In this document: positions 1-9,741 of the stretch, in pieces
Numbering within the stretch: the first letter of the stretch is position 1
Layout: every line of letters begins with the position of its first letter
Origin: Anolis carolinensis
Lineage: Eukaryota
Length of the DNA stretch: 64,000 nucleotides
Assembly (NCBI RefSeq): GCF_035594765.1
Contig: NC_085845.1
Span: 29,506,024 to 29,570,023 of the forward strand
Reading direction: 5' to 3'
Notes under the pieces: model-generated
Database searches by the model: none
What the model was told of the DNA's origin: nothing
Seen by the model: the letters and a program-made list of their open reading frames with translations, nothing else
Translations under genes and position numbers: made by a program

Positions 1-2
1 AA

Positions 3-971
3 ACGCCGTTCTTTGCAAACTACGGCTTCCATCCACGTTTCTTTCCCCCTGTCATTGAAACTTCAGAAGTTCCCGCAGCAGAAGAATGGCTGCAGGAACT
101 CACAGCGGTACAACAACTTTTGCTCCAGCAACTGGAACAAGCCAAGGAGGACTATAAACGTCACGCGGACAAACATCGCCAGCCGGGCCCCGAAATCAAG
201 GTAGGAGATCGGGTTTTTCTGTCCACTCGCTTTTTGCCCTCCCATCGCCCTTGCCGGAAGTTAGATGCCCGTTTCATTGGTCCCTATCCAGTGGTGGCAC
301 AATTAAACCCCGTGACTTTCAAACTCCAACTTCCGCGTTCAATGCGCATTCACCCAGTGTTTCACCGCTCCCTGCTCCTTCCGGCGGATGGTGTGTGGCC
401 AGATGTAGACCGGCCGGCCCCCGTCCCTATTTTGGTGGATGGGGAGGACGAGTTCGAGGTTCAGGACATTTTGGATTCTCGCTTTCACCGCCGCCGCCTG
501 CAATATCTCATTGACTGGGTGGGTTTTGGCCCTGAGGAACGCTCTTGGGAAGACGCCTCCACAGTCCATGCTCCTGATCTAACCCGTCGCTTTCATCAGA
601 CCTATCCCGCCAAGCCGCGACCTCGCGCCTCGGGGAGAGAGTCCCAGTTTGGGAGGGGCCTTGAGGAGGGGGATAGTGTGATGACTCATGGGCCTTGTAG
701 TCCTGCTCATGACATTGTAATACCTGATGAAGAAGAAAACTTGGGTTTTTTACCTTCCCAGTCAGAACTGGAATCTTCTCAGCCAGATCTTTCCCAGGCA
801 GATCTGGGAACCTTGCACCTGCAAGAAAGTTGTGTCCCAGAAGTATGTCAAACAAACCCTGAGCCTACATCTCCCGTGTTCTCTCGCCATGAGTTTTGTA
901 AACAACAGAGGGGTTTGGAAGCAGCTTCGCGCAGGAGTGCTAGAATAGCAGCTAAGAATGTAGCCAATTAA
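3..971 (+). CDS. Gypsy Pol C-terminus: integrase end, GPY/F (SH3-like) region, chromodomain and LTR-encoded tail
   Basis: Frame is open from base 3 (TPFFANYGFHP). Motifs KLDARFIGPYPV, IHPVFHRSLL and chromodomain FEVQDILDSR...QYLIDWVGFGPEERSWED. Stop TAA at 969-971. Confidence 0.93.
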   Translation, partial: TPFFANYGFHPRFFPPVIETSEVPAAEEWLQELTAVQQLLLQQLEQAKEDYKRHADKHRQPGPEIKVGDRVFLSTRFLPSHRPCRKLDARFIGPYPVVAQLNPVTFKLQLPRSMRIHPVFHRSLLLPADGVWPDVDRPAPVPILVDGEDEFEVQDILDSRFHRRRLQYLIDWVGFGPEERSWEDASTVHAPDLTRRFHQTYPAKPRPRASGRESQFGRGLEEGDSVMTHGPCSPAHDIVIPDEEENLGFLPSQSELESSQPDLSQADLGTLHLQESCVPEVCQTNPEPTSPVFSRHEFCKQQRGLEAASRRSARIAAKNVAN

Positions 972-1650
972 GCCTGCTTTTCGTGAGAATCTTTAAGGAG
1001 TCAAACATCTGGTCTCAGAGTTTAGCTTTCGTTTCTGGTTCCCAGAGAACTGCTTCGGCGGGAAAGTTAGACTCTATATAGGTGTTTTACCCGCGAAGTA
1101 ACTTCGCGGAGTCAATTCGTCAGCCTCCGGAGCGAGTTGTGTCTGGACAGCGCGCTCCGTTTCAAGCCTCGTTCCTGCTCAAGCCTTGTCCTTGTTTCCA
1201 GCCTTCGCTCCTGTTTCCCAGCCTTTGTTTACCTACGGACCTTGCCTTGTTTCCCAGGACTAAACCTTGCCTTGTTTCACGGATTTTACCAAGTTATTCC
1301 ACGGACCTTGTTCTTGTTCCTCGTTACCTTGTTCCACGATTCAAGCCTTGTTTCAAGTATTAAGTTATTTCCTAGCCTTGCTCAAGTTCATGGACTAAAG
1401 GACCTTGTCATCTCCCCTCACTTTGCCTGGCAAAGTGAGTGTTTCGGTTATTGGATTACAACTTTGGACCTTAATATTTCATATTGGACATTGTTTCTTT
1501 GGACTAATTTTGACCTTTCCTGAAAGGTCTGCTTCTGGACTAACTTTTACATTTGCTTTTATTAACTTTATATATTTCCTTAATAAAGATATTAGATAGA
1601 ATCTGGCCTCTGCGTATGGTTATTGGTGCTCTGTAGCCTGGGTCGTGACA
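677..1650 (+). repeat. 3' LTR, 974 bp
   Basis: Starts TGTGATGAC directly after the PPT and ends GTCGTGACA (7/9 inverted terminal match). TATA-like CTATATA at 1074-1080, AATAAA at 1582-1587, internal CCTTG(C/T)CTTGTTTC repeats at about 1160-1420. Confidence 0.9.
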
Positions 1651-1663
1651 CTTGGAGATGAAG

Positions 1664-1708
<45 letters not shown>
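1664..1708. repeat. (AAT)n microsatellite
   Basis: About 15 perfect AAT units. Confidence 0.98.
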
Positions 1709-1930
1709 TCCATTGGAACTTGTGCCACAAATACCATCTGGCTGTAATAAAGAACTGGTGGGATCAGAAGTCTGAAAAGTTACTGAAAATGAATGCTAAA
1801 TTACTCTGGCACTTCCAAATTAAGACTGACAGAGTTTTGGAGCACAATACTCCTGACCTCAGAATCGTGTTAAAAAACAAAATATGGATCATCATTGTTG
1901 CAATCCCAGTTGACAGCAGAATCGACAAGA
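1708..1930 (+). mobile_element. R4/Dong-clade non-LTR retrotransposon fragment (restriction-like endonuclease region)
   Basis: Translates IHWNLCHKYHL...NWW...KLLW.FQI.TDRVLEHNTPDL.IV...IWII.VAIP.DSRI, which resembles the PD-(D/E)xK RLE domain of R4/Dong elements. Confidence 0.8.
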
Positions 1931-1933
1931 ACC

Positions 1934-1981
1934 AAAACACTTCTGATCTCAAGAATTTTGGATAAGGGAATACTCAACCTG
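1934..1981 (+). mobile_element. Tigger/pogo (MER46-like) DNA transposon terminal fragment
   Basis: AAACACTTCTGATCTCAAGAATTTTGGATAAGGGAATACTCAACCTG resembles the MER46/Tigger4 terminus as I recall it. Confidence 0.6.
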
Positions 1982-2211
1982 TGCAATGAATTTTCTACTT
2001 CATATTCTACTTAGCCTTTAAGAGAGCTGCTTTACTTCCAGTTATGATTCTAACTGTAAGGTAGAAAAAGCCAATAAGAATGACATAATTCAGATGATAA
2101 ATCTCAAGTTCTTAAAGGACAATATAAGAAAAGGACCATTTTTACTGAAGTCTGGTAATCAATTAAAAAAACCCACACAACAATAATTTCATTGGAAAAA
2201 AAACAGCTTAC

Positions 2212-2343
2212 CTGAAGACAGCAAGGCTCAGAGACCAAAGAACTAGTGGTTTCCTTAGTTCAAATTTTGCTCGTTTGTTCATTAGATGCCGACCACCAAA
2301 TATAAAGGCAGCATATAAAGCAGAAAACAGGAAAGATTTTTTC
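2212..2343 (-). CDS. ELOVL6: Elongation of very long chain fatty acids protein 6, internal coding exon (132 bp, phase 2-2)
   Basis: Encodes (W)[43 protein letters not shown](S), nearly identical to vertebrate ELOVL6. Acceptor is a pyrimidine tract ending TTTTTACAG at 2344; donor GTAAG starts at 2211. Confidence 0.97.
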
Positions 2344-2831
2344 CTGTAAAAAAAAGCAAAACAAACAAATGATATGCAGGCATCCTTTATGCTGAAAAAA
2401 ATTCCTTCATCCCTTTTTTGTATGCATGTGCTCGATAAGTACACAAAACTGCTTATATAAATTAGGAACAACTGCACTGACTGGCTTGAATAAGGGCCAC
2501 TTTATTTAACCTATGTCTTATTTAAGTTATTTGGAGCCAAAAGGAGCCTTCCCTTGGTCAAACACCTGAGCCCCAAGAGCAGTCCAATATCAAAGTGGCT
2601 TTCTGTCTGGCCACTTACTGAAAGGTAAACCTAGGATAGTGAGAGTTATACTCCCAGGTCTGCCTCAAGAGTAGATCTCAACCCCAGGACGTATGAAGGC
2701 CATTTCAGAATTGTACTCTACACCAAAAGGGCGCCAAGCTGAACATCCAAGTCTCAAATCTTCCTCTGGTTGCATGCCAAATGGAATCCTGTTTACAAAC
2801 ACCATCCCAGACAAATCATCCAAGTCCCTTA

Positions 2832-3457
2832 GGTCCCATCTACACTGCCATACAATGCAGTTTGAAATGGCATTATATGGACACTGTAGACTCATAATCC
2901 AGTTCAGCGCAGTTAAACTGCATTATATGAGTCTACACTGACCATATATCTATATATATAAAAGGGTAATGAAATTTCGGCCTAGGACAAAACAACAAAA
3001 CTACACATCCCAGAAACACTAAACTTGGCAGCACAACCCCTCATCCATGCCTCTACGCTCATACAACAAAAAGAAAAGAAAAATAAAGTCCTAATTAGAG
3101 GGAGAGGAAGAATTGTTTTTATCCAATTGCTGCCAGTTAGAAGGCTAAGCTCCGCCCACTTGGTCTCCTAGCAACCCACTCAGCCCAGGGGACAGGCAAA
3201 GTTAGGCCTCATTTAGGCCTCTTCCACACTGCCTATAAAATACAGATTATCAGATTTTAACTGTATTATATGGCAGTGTAGACGCAAGGCCCTTCCACAC
3301 AGCTATATAACCCATTTATAATGGACTTAATGTAAGGTAAAGCCTTTACCCTTTACCTTAATTACCACCAATTCCTCAATACTTTATTTCCCATACCACC
3401 ATACTTCGCCACAGCAACGCGTGGCCAGGCACAGCTAGTGGTAGTATAAATGGGAGC
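2832..3457. mobile_element. PIF/Harbinger-like palindromic MITE, split by a Helitron
   Basis: Left end GGTCCCATCTACACTGCC; a degraded right end TGGTAGTATAAATGGG resumes immediately after the Helitron. Confidence 0.6.
2949..3438 (+). mobile_element. Non-autonomous Helitron
   Basis: A|TCTATATATATAAAAG ... GCCAC-agcaacgc-GTGGC hairpin (3408-3425) ... CTAG|T. No TSD, and a second copy lies at 15327-15669. Confidence 0.9.
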
Positions 3458-4200
3458 TCAGACACAGTATGATTCAGGTAGAAAACCCAGGTAAACGACA
3501 GAAAATACCATACCCTGTAGTGGCCAGATATTTTTACACTGCACTGAGGGTGGGTCACACTGTAGGAATTAAGGCATGTGATGGGGGTTTCTGGCCTTAA
3601 ATAGCCCATAGACCTTCTCCAGTCAGATGCAGTATTCTAACGCTTAGTGCTCATGCAAAGCCTTCTGATCTTTGGCCATGGAGGCCATCACAGAAGTACC
3701 ACCCCTGCAGTGTATTTTCACTGCGCACTCCAGGTTTGCAGTCTCTTGACATAGAAGTCATCCTATAGTATTTCCATCCTCTCCTTCATCACCATGGTGC
3801 CTGCAACCATTTTAACCCTGGTTACTTCTGCTGCTTCTACTACAGTATTGTTACACTGGTTATGAAGACTGCAATCCAAATACTCTGATAGAATAGCAAC
3901 AGCAGCAGCAGCAACAACAATGCAATATAACAATGTGTGTGGAGTAATCAGTTATGAATAGTTGATGTCATTACAAATGAACTCCAATGTAGCGATACAA
4001 GCCCACTTTGTCTTTATCCATTTTGACACTGAATCGTCTAACTGAATTAGAAAAAGGGCCATACCCTTTCTTTTTATACACTCCAATATCTTTCAGGCAA
4101 ATAATTCAGTCAGCAATAATTAGGATTTTGTCCTAATCTAAATGGTACATTTCAATCCTATCCAGATACAGCTCAAAATATTATACAGTTATTACTTCTA

Positions 4201-4250
4201 ACACTGGACTTCTGACACTGGACTTCTGGCTCCGGACTTCTGGCTCCGGA
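4201..4250. repeat. 14-bp tandem repeat, about 3.5 units
   Basis: ACACTGGACTTCTG x2, then GCTCCGGACTTCTG and GCTCCGGA. Confidence 0.9.
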
Positions 4251-4919
4251 CAGAAAAAAACTTTATAGGTTTTCGCATAGAAGACAAAACTGTAAAAATT
4301 AATCCACAAGGATATGTCATAACTTAAAGAGAATGTCATTGTGATTTAGATACAAGAATAAAAATATTTCTAGTTCACTCTGCTTTCAGATTAGATCTTA
4401 ACTGGAATCACATAGAAATTCATCTTATAGTTAACACAGCACAAAATTCAAATTACATGTTTCCAAAAAAAAAAAAAAAAGGCACATTTAATACAGATTC
4501 ATGACAAAGGCCAAGACCAGAAATGGAGATAGAAGAAAATAGGTCTGAACAATATAATCCAGTTAGTCAAAATGTCAAATGGATCCAGTATAAGTCTTGA
4601 TGAGTTCTGAAGCTTCATTTTCTATCTCGTTTTTCCCTCTTACATTAAGCATGTGAAGTCCTACAGCTTATTTTGATTTTTAAAAATGTATTTTATATGC
4701 AATGTATGGATAGATAGCTTCCAAAAGATTGGGCATAACTTCAGAAATTAGGTCACACCACAGTGCCTAAATTCTGAAATCCACAATTGTGCTCATTGTT
4801 GTATGAACAAGAGAAATGCAATAAATGTATTCAAAATAAGGCCACAACATTCTGCTGTATTACAGTGTGTTTAACCCGAGCTCACAGAGACAAAATATAT
4901 CCACATTAATTTCTATTAT

Positions 4920-5050
4920 TTGTTGTTGTGTGCCTTTAAGTCATTTCCAACTTATGGTGAACTTACAAGGTGATTTCTTGGCAATATTTGTTCAGGGATT
5001 GTCCTTGCATTCCTCTGAAGCTGAGAATGTATGACTTGCCCAAGGTAAAC
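4920..5050 (-). mobile_element. CORE-like SINE fragment with RTE-type tail
   Basis: TTGTTGTTGTGTGCCTT tail and TGACTTGCCCAAGGT core; related to 24063-24265 and 29920-30140. Confidence 0.6.
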
Positions 5051-5464
5051 CATTAATTTTTATCAGCGTCCATGTAGAATTATTGGCCCCAAATAGCCAA
5101 AAAGAACCTCACACTCATATTGATTAATACATTTCAGATTTTACTCCTGTTTTTTTCTGATTGTATACTGAGTTAAAATAATACCAGCTCCTGGGGTTGG
5201 TTTATTTTAGCCAACCCCAGGAGCTGACAGAAAATATCTTGAGATAAACAAAACATATATGGATCTCTAAATTAAAATCAGAAAGAATAGGAACAAAGTC
5301 TGGGACTTTCGGTCTTGCAGATGAGCCCTGTAAATTGGAAATGACTTGGAGGAACACAACAAAAACAAATATTTAAAATGTGTTGTCGAAGGCTTTCATG
5401 GCCAGGATCACAGGGTTGTTGTATGTCTTTCGGGCTGTGTGGCCATGTTCCAGAAGCATTCTCT

Positions 5465-5505
5465 CCTGACGTTTCGCCCACATCAATGGCAGGCATCCTC
5501 AGAGG
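5465..5505 (-). ncRNA. Minimal type I hammerhead ribozyme (sense to ELOVL6)
   Basis: Reverse-complement copy of the same motif with an intact core. Confidence 0.8.
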
Positions 5506-5532
5506 TTGTGAGGTAACCTCACAACCTCACAA

Positions 5533-5573
5533 CCTCTGAGGATGCCTGCCATAGATGTGGGCGAAACGTCAGG
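5533..5573 (+). ncRNA. Minimal type I hammerhead ribozyme
   Basis: CCT-CTGAGGA-stem II (GCCTGC/GTGGGC with GU pairs)-GAAA-CG-TC-AGG. Palindromic ACGT replaces stem III; predicted cleavage after C5570. Confidence 0.8.
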
Positions 5574-6062
5574 AGAGAATGCTTCTGGAACATGGCCACA
5601 CAGCCCGAAAGACATACAACAACCCCAAATATTTAAAATGCTTGTGTAACTATCTGTATATTCATCTCTGTATATTAAATTCAAAAGATTATCAAAACTT
5701 TAAAAACCCCAAACAAAACTGCCAGATATGCAAAGGTTTCAGATAAAAGAAGGAATAAATCCAAAATCCCATTCTCTAATTCATCATAACCAAAATACAT
5801 TTATTTCAGAAAAATGCATCTGTTATTCCTGACATGACATTTATATTCAAGCTACTTTAAGTAGGTCAGAAACTATATTTATATATATTAGGTCACTTCA
5901 CTGCTTTTTAATTAGCTCCTTGTTTCTGACTTTTAAAGGTCACAAATTATCTATATTATCTCCATACGATATTTCCAAAAACTTGAAATAATCTCATGTT
6001 ACTGCCATATTGGCCTGACATAATCTGTGCAGGAATTCTCACTTCACCTCCAAGACATTTTA

Positions 6063-6214
6063 GGCCCCTTCCCTTCCACACAGTTGTATAAAATCCACAT
6101 TGAAATGGATTTTATGGCAGTATAGACTCAGATAACTCAGTTCAAAACAGAACTGAGTTATCTGTGGATTATCTGCCTTGATATTCTGAATTATATAGCT
6201 GTGTGGAAGGGTCC
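6063..6214. mobile_element. PIF/Harbinger-like MITE
   Basis: Inverted ends CCCTTCCACACAG / CTGTGTGGAAGGG, with TTA and TAA flanks. Confidence 0.7.
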
Positions 6215-6239
6215 TAAAATAGTGAGACACGTGTTTTTG

Positions 6240-6383
6240 GATGGTTCAATGTATGCAATGTTTGTTTCATGCACAAAAGTATTAAAAGTATTGTGTATAA
6301 AGTGACTTTCAGGCTATATAATAAGGTACAAGGTATCTATATATATTTTCGCATTTAGACTTTGATTCCATCTTCAAGATATC
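6240..6383 (+). mobile_element. MER46C-like Tigger/pogo internal fragment
   Basis: GATGGTTCAATGTA...TTTGTTTCATGCACAAAA...TTCAGGCTAT...TTTAGACTT...CAAGATATC, recognised from memory of MER46C. Confidence 0.6.
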
Positions 6384-6624
6384 ACAAGTATGTCAAGGTG
6401 GAGATTGTGAAGAGAGGAAGCAAATAGCAACTGCTGAAACACCTGAAAAACCACCAAAACTGAAAAACACGTTTAAGGGAAGGTACCTATGTCCCTAACA
6501 GGATGCCACTTAATGGCTTATTTCTGCTTTTGGGTAAAGTACTGAGAAAAACTATGCATCCAAACATTGTATTTGGTGAGTTATAGTATTCACCAGTTTT
6601 GCAGACATTGATGTCCTAGACTCA

Positions 6625-7460
6625 GAGAATCATAGAGTTGAAAGAACCACATGGACCATGTAGTCCAACACCTACCACGCAGGAAAGCACAATCAAAGTA
6701 CTACTGATAGATGGCCATCCGGCCTCTGTTTAAAAGCCTCCAAGGTAGGAGCTTCCACCACACTCTCAGGCAGAGAGTTCCAATGCTGAACAGCTCTTAC
6801 AATCAGGAAGTTCTTCCTAATCTTCAGGTGGAATCTCCTTTCCTGTAATTTGAACCCACTGCTCTGAGTCCTAGTTTCCAGGGCAGCAGAAAACAGGCCC
6901 GCTCCCTTTTCCTTATGACATCCTGTCACATATTTATATATGGCTATCACGTCTCCTCTCAGCCTTCTCTTCTGCAGGGTAAACATACCCAGCTCTTTAA
7001 GATGCTCCTCAAAGCACATAGTCTCCAGATCTTTGATCATTTTAGTTGCCCTCCTCTGGACACCTTCCAGCTTGTCAATATCTCTTCTAAACTGTGGTGC
7101 CCAGAATTGGAAACAGTATTCCAGGTGAGGTCTACCTGAAGCAGAATAGAGAAGCACCATGACCTCCCTCAATCTAGGCACTATACTTTTGATGCAGCCC
7201 AAAATCCCATTGGTTTTTTAAGCTGCTGCATCACACTGTTGCCTCATGTTCAACTTATTGTCCACAAAGACTCCAAGATCTTCCTCATGTGGACTGTTGT
7301 CAAACCAGGCATTCCCCATTCTGTATCTTTGCATTTCATTTTTTTCTAACTGTAGTATCTTAGATTTGTCCTTGAAATTCTTTTTATTAGTTTTGGCCCA
7401 GCTCTCTAATCTGTTGAGGTCGCTTTGAATTCTGACCCTGTCCTCTGGAGTATTAGCTAT
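6625..7460 (-). mobile_element. CR1 LINE, 5'-truncated and decayed
   Basis: ORF 6693-7202 has [20 protein letters not shown] and LQKRRLRGD. (TTCTATGA)-type tail at the low end. Confidence 0.93.
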
Positions 7461-8797
7461 TACCTGCTCTTATAACAGAAATCAGGATTGTTGGATGGGA
7501 TGGAGAGAGGTTCCTCCATTTCTCCTTCAGAGATATTTGGAAGATCTCCCCCTACACGCAGTGAAGCAAAGCAGCAAGTAAAGCAGAAATGCTCAGGCTC
7601 CCATCCACATGATGAACTAGATTTGCACACTGGGGAAGGGGAGTATAGCATCATCCAGCCCAAGCCATTGTAAAGAAAAATCATTTTTCTTCTTCTACAA
7701 AGAAAGCAAAATTACCCAAAGGAGATTTCATGTCTGTGGTTTAGACAGCTCTAGAAATATATAAGCCAACAATGACACAGCATATTAGAAGCATCTGTTT
7801 GACAACTAATTTAAGAATAGTAAGAGATGAAAAAAAGAGAAGAGGGCAAGGGAAACATTGATTTAATATGTGTGAACAGAAGCAAGCTGGTTTCCTTCTA
7901 TAAATGAACATCCTTTTGACATTTATATTTAGAACATGAGTGATGTGCGCACTCATGGTAAGTGTTCCCATTAGTACATTTTTCAACATGCTAGAACAAA
8001 GTGTATGTTTTAATTGCACAGACAAACATGCACAACTTTGAGGCAACTCACCAAAATATTACTGTTAATGATTGTCCATAGAGAAAACATGGATATAACA
8101 TTAACTGTTCTTTTTTTAAAAAAAAAATTGGACAGAAAGAATGGGACATGGGTACGTTTAGAGATGTTGCTTAGGATTAAACTCTAGCTATCAAAGAACT
8201 GGCCCCAGGCTCACTGGTCATGACCTCAGTATGAATCATGCAGGGATATTTTTAAAATCCTAAATGCAATTAAAAGATAGTGGCTAGGATCCCAGTTCTC
8301 TTCTGTGGATGGAATAGAATTAATGTTCTTGGGATAATCTTCCCTGCTTTCTGGTTCACTTTGCAACCGCTATCATCCACTGGTGACTACCTAAATACAT
8401 ATGATTCAGAAATTGAGAAACAAGATACATTCCAAGCAAAGAACCAGTGAGTGGAATGTATGCTAATAATGGGAAAGTAAAGGTTGTTGCTAGATACATG
8501 AATCTTCCTGGCAACAAATAAACACCTGAATCAAATGAAGAGAGGTTACAGTAGATCAATAAAGCAGTCAAAATGGGATGGGCTACAAATTGGTTTGCAA
8601 TGAGATGCCTGGATGAAGGGAAATTGGGAAATAAAACATAAATTGATCAAATATATCCTCAGGCAGATATCATTTGTCCTCTGAGATCTGTTACTAAATT
8701 GAGTCCTTTTAGAAATGTGATTGCATTGTCTGATTCAGGAAATGAATACAGTCAGTCATCCATAACCACGGATTCTGTATTCAGTCATCCACAACCT

Positions 8798-9741
8798 AGA
8801 ATCATAGAATCATAGAGTTGGAAGAGACCTCATAGGCCAACCAGTCCAACCCCGTGCCAAGAAGCAGAAAAATTGCATTCAAAGCACCCCCGACAGATGG
8901 CCATTCAGCCTCTGCTTAAAAGCCTCCAAAGAAGGAGCCTCCACCACACTCCTGAACACACTGCTGAACAGCTCTCAGAGTGAGGAAGTTTTTCCTAATG
9001 TTCAAGTGGAATATCCTTTCCAGTAGTTTGAAGCCATTGTTCCATGTCCTAGTCTCCAGAGTAGCAGAAAACAATCTTCCTCCTTCCACCCTAGGACTGA
9101 ACTACGGATAAAGCATGAGGATGAACAGATTTGATTTTATGTTTGAAATTTATATTTTGTCATTTATAATGTATTTTAATAGTTTTAACTGTTTTATGCA
9201 CTGTTTTATATTGATTTGTATGGGCATCGAATTGTTGCCGTTATTGTAAGCTGCCCTGAGTCCCTTCGGGTGAGAAGGGCGGGATATAAATGTGAGAAAT
9301 AAATAAATAAATGACTTGCCCTCACATATTTATACATGGCTACCACATCTCCTCTCAACCTTCATTTCTGAAGACTAAACATATCCAGCTCTTTATGATG
9401 CTCCTCATACGGCTTGTTCTGCAGACCCTTGATCATTTTAGTCACCCTCTTCTGGACACATTCCAACTTCTCAACATCTCCCTTAAATTATGGTGCCCAG
9501 AATTGAACACAGTACTCCAGGTGTGGTCTGACCAAGGCAGAAAAGAGGGGTAGCATGACTTCCCTGGATCTAGACACTAGACTCCTATTAATGCAGGCCA
9601 ATATCTTATTGGTTTTTTGTTTGTTTGTTTCTGCATCACATTGTTGGCTCATGTTTAACTTGTTGTCCACGAGGACTCCAAGATCTTTTTCACACCTACT
9701 GCGGTTGTGCCAGCCGTCCTCCATTCTGTATCTTTGCATTT
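8798..9741 (-). mobile_element. CR1 LINE, 5'-truncated, interrupted by an L2-type fragment
   Basis: [19 protein letters not shown]...[13 protein letters not shown] and a TAGAATCA tail. CAACCT duplicated at 8792-8797 and 9742-9747. Confidence 0.92.
9099..9310 (+). mobile_element. L2-type LINE/SINE 3' end
   Basis: GCCCTGAGTCCCTTCGGGTGAGAAGGGCGGGATATAAAT stem-loop with an (AAAT)n tail; AGGACT/ATGACT flanks. Confidence 0.75.

Larger units (their letters stand above)
1..1650 (+). mobile_element. Ty3/Gypsy chromovirus LTR retrotransposon, 3' end (truncated by window edge)
   Basis: Integrase C-terminus and chromodomain, polypurine tract GAGGAGGGGGATAG at 663-676, then an LTR bounded by TG...CA. 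Confidence 0.95.
5381..5625. mobile_element. Penelope-like element 3' ends in inverted arrangement, with 15-bp TSD
   Basis: About 110-bp near-perfect inverted arms centred near 5515. CAAATATTTAAAATG flanks both sides (5366-5380, 5626-5640). Each arm carries a hammerhead core. Confidence 0.85.

Noticed and set aside
1160-1420. Repeat array as CRISPR
   Set aside because: Eukaryotic LTR context, degenerate units, no constant repeat with unique spacers and no cas genes.
1137-1523. 128-aa hydrophobic ORF in the LTR as an env-like gene
   Set aside because: It arises from the pyrimidine-rich repeats, lies inside the LTR and has no env features.
2344-2477. N-terminal part of ORF 2208-2477 as ELOVL6 coding sequence
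   Set aside because: It is intron read-through; similarity starts at the AG acceptor at 2344.
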